NCBI GenBank assembly: GCA_038087875.1
Contig: CM075991.1
Span: forward strand, 11,100,001-11,164,000
Origin: Malacoraja senta
Lineage: Eukaryota
DNA: 64,000 bases
Reading direction: 5' to 3'
Shown here: in pieces, positions 60,417 to 64,000 of the stretch
Layout: every line of letters begins with the position of its first letter
Position numbering within the stretch: the stretch's first letter is position 1
The notes under the pieces: model-generated
What the model saw: the letters and a program-made list of their open reading frames with translations, nothing else
What the model was told of the DNA's origin: nothing
Databases searched by the model: none
Program-made: the position numbers and the translations under genes

Positions 60417-63400
60417 ACAAGAGAGCAGTCCTGGACTACTATCTACCTCAGTGGAGACCCCCGGACTATCGTTGATCTGACTTTGCTGGCGTTACCTTGC
60501 ACTAAACGTTATTCCCTTATCACATGTGTCTGTACACCGTGAATGGGTCGATTGTAATCATGTATTGTCTTTGGTTAGCACGCAACAAAGCTTTTCACTG
60601 TACCTCAGTACACGTGACAATAAACTAAACATCCATCTAATTCACCTTCCCATTCCCACACACACCTTTCTGTCCTAAGTCTCCTCCATTGTCAGAGTGA
60701 GGTTAAACGCAAATTGGAGGAACAGCATCTCATATTTCCCCTGGGCAGCTGACAGCCCAGTGGTATGAATATTGATTTCTCTAACTTCATGTAGCCCCAG
60801 CATTCCCCCTCTCTCTCTCTCTATCCCTCCCCCACCCAAGTCGCACTGGCTTCTCGTTTTCACCCAACAAATAACCTATTTCCTTGATCATCGTTACTTT
60901 TTTGCATATCGTTCATTCATTGTTCTTTATCTCTCGACATCATCGTCTATATCTCTCGTTTCCCTTATTCCTAACCAGTCTGAAACATAGAAAATAGGTG
61001 CAGGAGTAGGCCCTTCGGCCCTTCGAGCCTGCACCGCCATTCAATATGATCATGGCTGATCATCCAACTGAAGAAGGGTCTCGATCAGAAAGGTCACCCA
61101 TTCCTTCTCTCCAGAGATGCTGCCTGTCCCGCTGAGTTACTCCAGTTTTTTGTGTATATTGACCATAAATTAAAACTGAAACTCTTGTTTCCCCACTTTC
61201 TAATCCACTCCCTGCACACTAGGTGGCAATTTACAATTAACCTACTGGACCGAAGATAGACACAACATGTAACTCAGCAGGTACACAAAAATGCTGGAGA
61301 AACTCAGCGGGTGCAGCAGCATCTATGGAGCGAAGGAAATAGGCAACGTTTCGGGCCGAAACCCTTCTTCAGACCGAAACGTTGCCTATTTCCTTCGCTC
61401 CATAGATGCTGCTGCACCCGCTGAGTTTCTCCAGCATTTTTGTGTACCTTCGATTTTCCAGCATCTGCAGTTCCTTCTTTAACAACATGTAACTCAGCAG
61501 GTCAGGGAGCATCTATGGAGAGAGGGAATGGGTAACGTTTCGGGTCGAGACCCTTCTTCAGACTACTTCATTGGCTATATTTAAGAGGGAGCTAGATGTG
61601 GCCCTTGTGGCTAAAGGGATCAGAGGGTATGGAGAGAAGGCAGGTACGGGATACTGAGTTGGATGATCAGCCATGATCATATTGAATGGCGGTGCAGGCT
61701 CGAAGGGCCGAATGGCCTACTCCTGCACCTAATTTCTATGTTTCTATGTTTCATCCCTTCTCTCTAGAGATGCTGCCTGTCCCGCTGAGTTACTCCAGCA
61801 TTTTCGTGTCTATTTTCGGCGTAAACCAGCATCTGCAGTTCCTTCCTACACAGTGACTGGACCGACTGCTTGCAGTGACTTTGGCTGAGAAATGAACATT
61901 TTCCGTGATGCCAAATTGATTCGCCAACCCCACTCTCGAGAGCAATATGATTTATTTCCACCTGAGAAGACTGCTTTAAAACCCCGTGTAAAAGGCAGCA
62001 GCACTCCTGACTGCACTGCTCCCTTGCCAGCGCGGTACGCCGTGTGCCTGAGGTTTTATGCTTCCATCTCTCAATCTCAATGCCCTGAAGATACGAGTTT
62101 TATCTACAGCTGGCGTGTTTTTCCCCAACGGTTGAGAGGGATGTTGGCTTCAGAGAGTGGTGGTGTGCTCCCTCTTGTGCTCCCATCTCAATCTACACGG
62201 CTGGAGTGTGTGTTGGGGTGGTCCCTCGTGTAGGTAGGATGTCCCATTTCTTACAGACCTCGCCGCTCTGAGATAAATGCTACATTACTGCGGGATGTTA
62301 CACTGAGGCCTTATATGGAAAAGAATGTCGGTGTCTGAGCCAATATTCTTCCCTCAATCAGCACTATCCGAGGGTGTTGAGGCATCTGATCTAGCTGTGT
62401 GCCAATTAGCTGGAATGTTTACTTACAATAGCAGCGACTGCAGTTGGAAAGTAACAATTTGGCCGTGAAGTGTTTGGCAACATTTCAAACATGTGATGCA
62501 GCAGCGTTTTCACAACCTTGTCCTGTACCACAGGTTTGTTAGTGTAAGAAAGAACTACAGATGCTGGTTTAAATCGAAGCTAAGACACAAAAAATGCTGG
62601 AGTAACTCAGCGGGACAGGCAGCATCTCCGGAGAGAGTTAGTTTAGTTTATTGTCACGCGTACCGAGGTACAGTGAAAAGCTTTTATCCAGTCAGCAGAA
62701 AGACAATAGACAATAGGTGCAGGAGTAGGCCATTTGGCCCTTCGAGCCAGCACCGCCATTCAATGTGATCATGGCTGATCATCCCCCATCAGTACCCCGT
62801 TCCTGCCTTCTCCCCATATCCCCTGACAATACATGATTACAATCGATCCATTCACACTGTATAGATACATGATGAGGGAATAACATTTAGTACAAGGTAA
62901 ACCCAGCAAAGTCTGATCAAGGATAGTCTGTCTGAGTGTTTAAGAAGGAACTGCAGATGCTGGAAAAATAGAAGGTAGATAAAAATGCTGGAGAAACTCA
63001 GCGGGTGAGGCAGCATCCATAGAGCGAAGGAAAAGGTGATGTCACCAAAGAGGAAATTGGTAGTCAGCACTGCTCTCTGGTTGTGGGAGGATGATTCAGT
63101 TGTCTGATAACTGGGAAGAAATTGTCACTGAATCTGGAGGTGTGGGTTTTAACATTTCTACACCAGGTATCCTGGGACACAACAGATTTGAACGCAAGAA
63201 GCGAGTGAACTCCAGGTTTAGTGTCTCCAGTTGATTAGAACATCTGATAACGGGTGGGGTCACATATGTAACTGGAGACCATTTAATCATTCAAGCCCCA
63301 CATACACCCAGTCTGAATCAGTCAGACCTGAAGTCTGAAAATGGGTAGACACAAAATGCTCATGTAACTCAGCGGGACAGACAGCATAGTCATACAGCGT

Positions 63401-64000
63401 AGAAACAGGCCCTTCGGCTCAACTTTCCCACTCTGGCCAACTACATTAGTCCCACCCAAAGATACTAGAGGCTCCTATAGTATCTTTGGTCCCACCCGCC
63501 TGCGTTTGGCCCATATCCATCCAAACCTGTACTATCCATGTTTCTGTCGAACTGTTTCTGAAATGTTGAAATATTCCCTGCCTCAACTACCTCCTCCGGC
63601 AGTTCATTCTATTAACTCACCACCCTTTGTGTGAAAAAGTTACCCCTCGGTTTCCTATTAAATCCTTCCAACCACTGAAGCACATTCATTCTCAGGTCTC
63701 GGAGGTTAACACACTTGAATATGATGTCTGATGGAGTGGTGAAGGTAGACTCTCACAATCGGCAAGACATTGCAGGCTGTGCTGGTGAATTAGATTAGTA
63801 GGGATAGGTACTGTGGTCAGCATGGACATACTGAGCAAGGAGCATGTTTTTGCGTTGTGACTCCAAATGCATGACTCAAGTCACAAAGTCTTAATTTGAA
63901 AAATGCAAGGGAACAGAGATTTCTCAATGCACATTCACGCAGCCTGTCCATTTGTAGCCCGTGAAGTCCAAAATCTTCACCATTTCTGTCCGAACCAAGA

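Overview
Eukaryotic, intron-rich vertebrate DNA. The repeat content (HE1-type V-SINEs, DeuSINEs, CR1, Penelope-like elements) and the GPCR family point to a cartilaginous fish, probably a skate or ray (inference). Three gene regions are present. (1) 1-16.2 kb: a tandem array of five two-exon class A GPCR genes of the GPR139/GPR142-like family. Copy 1 lacks exon 1 in this window, copies 3 and 4 are intact (322 aa), and copies 2 and 5 are pseudogenes. (2) 19174-31640 (+): a complete 9-exon GOT1L1-type aspartate aminotransferase homolog. Its PLP-binding catalytic Lys is replaced by Thr, other active-site residues are lost, and the last exon has a 1-nt frameshift. Directly upstream are a CCAAT-box cluster and a 50-bp minisatellite in which each unit carries an RFX X-box and a copy of the start codon. 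(3) 40714-59722 (-): a complete 6-exon TGFA gene (154 aa) with a GC-AG last intron. The rest is mostly mobile-element remnants, including many Penelope terminal repeats carrying a minimal hammerhead-ribozyme-like core, often as fold-back pairs. Exon calls were made by hand from splice sites, phase continuity and remembered family sequences; no database search was run.
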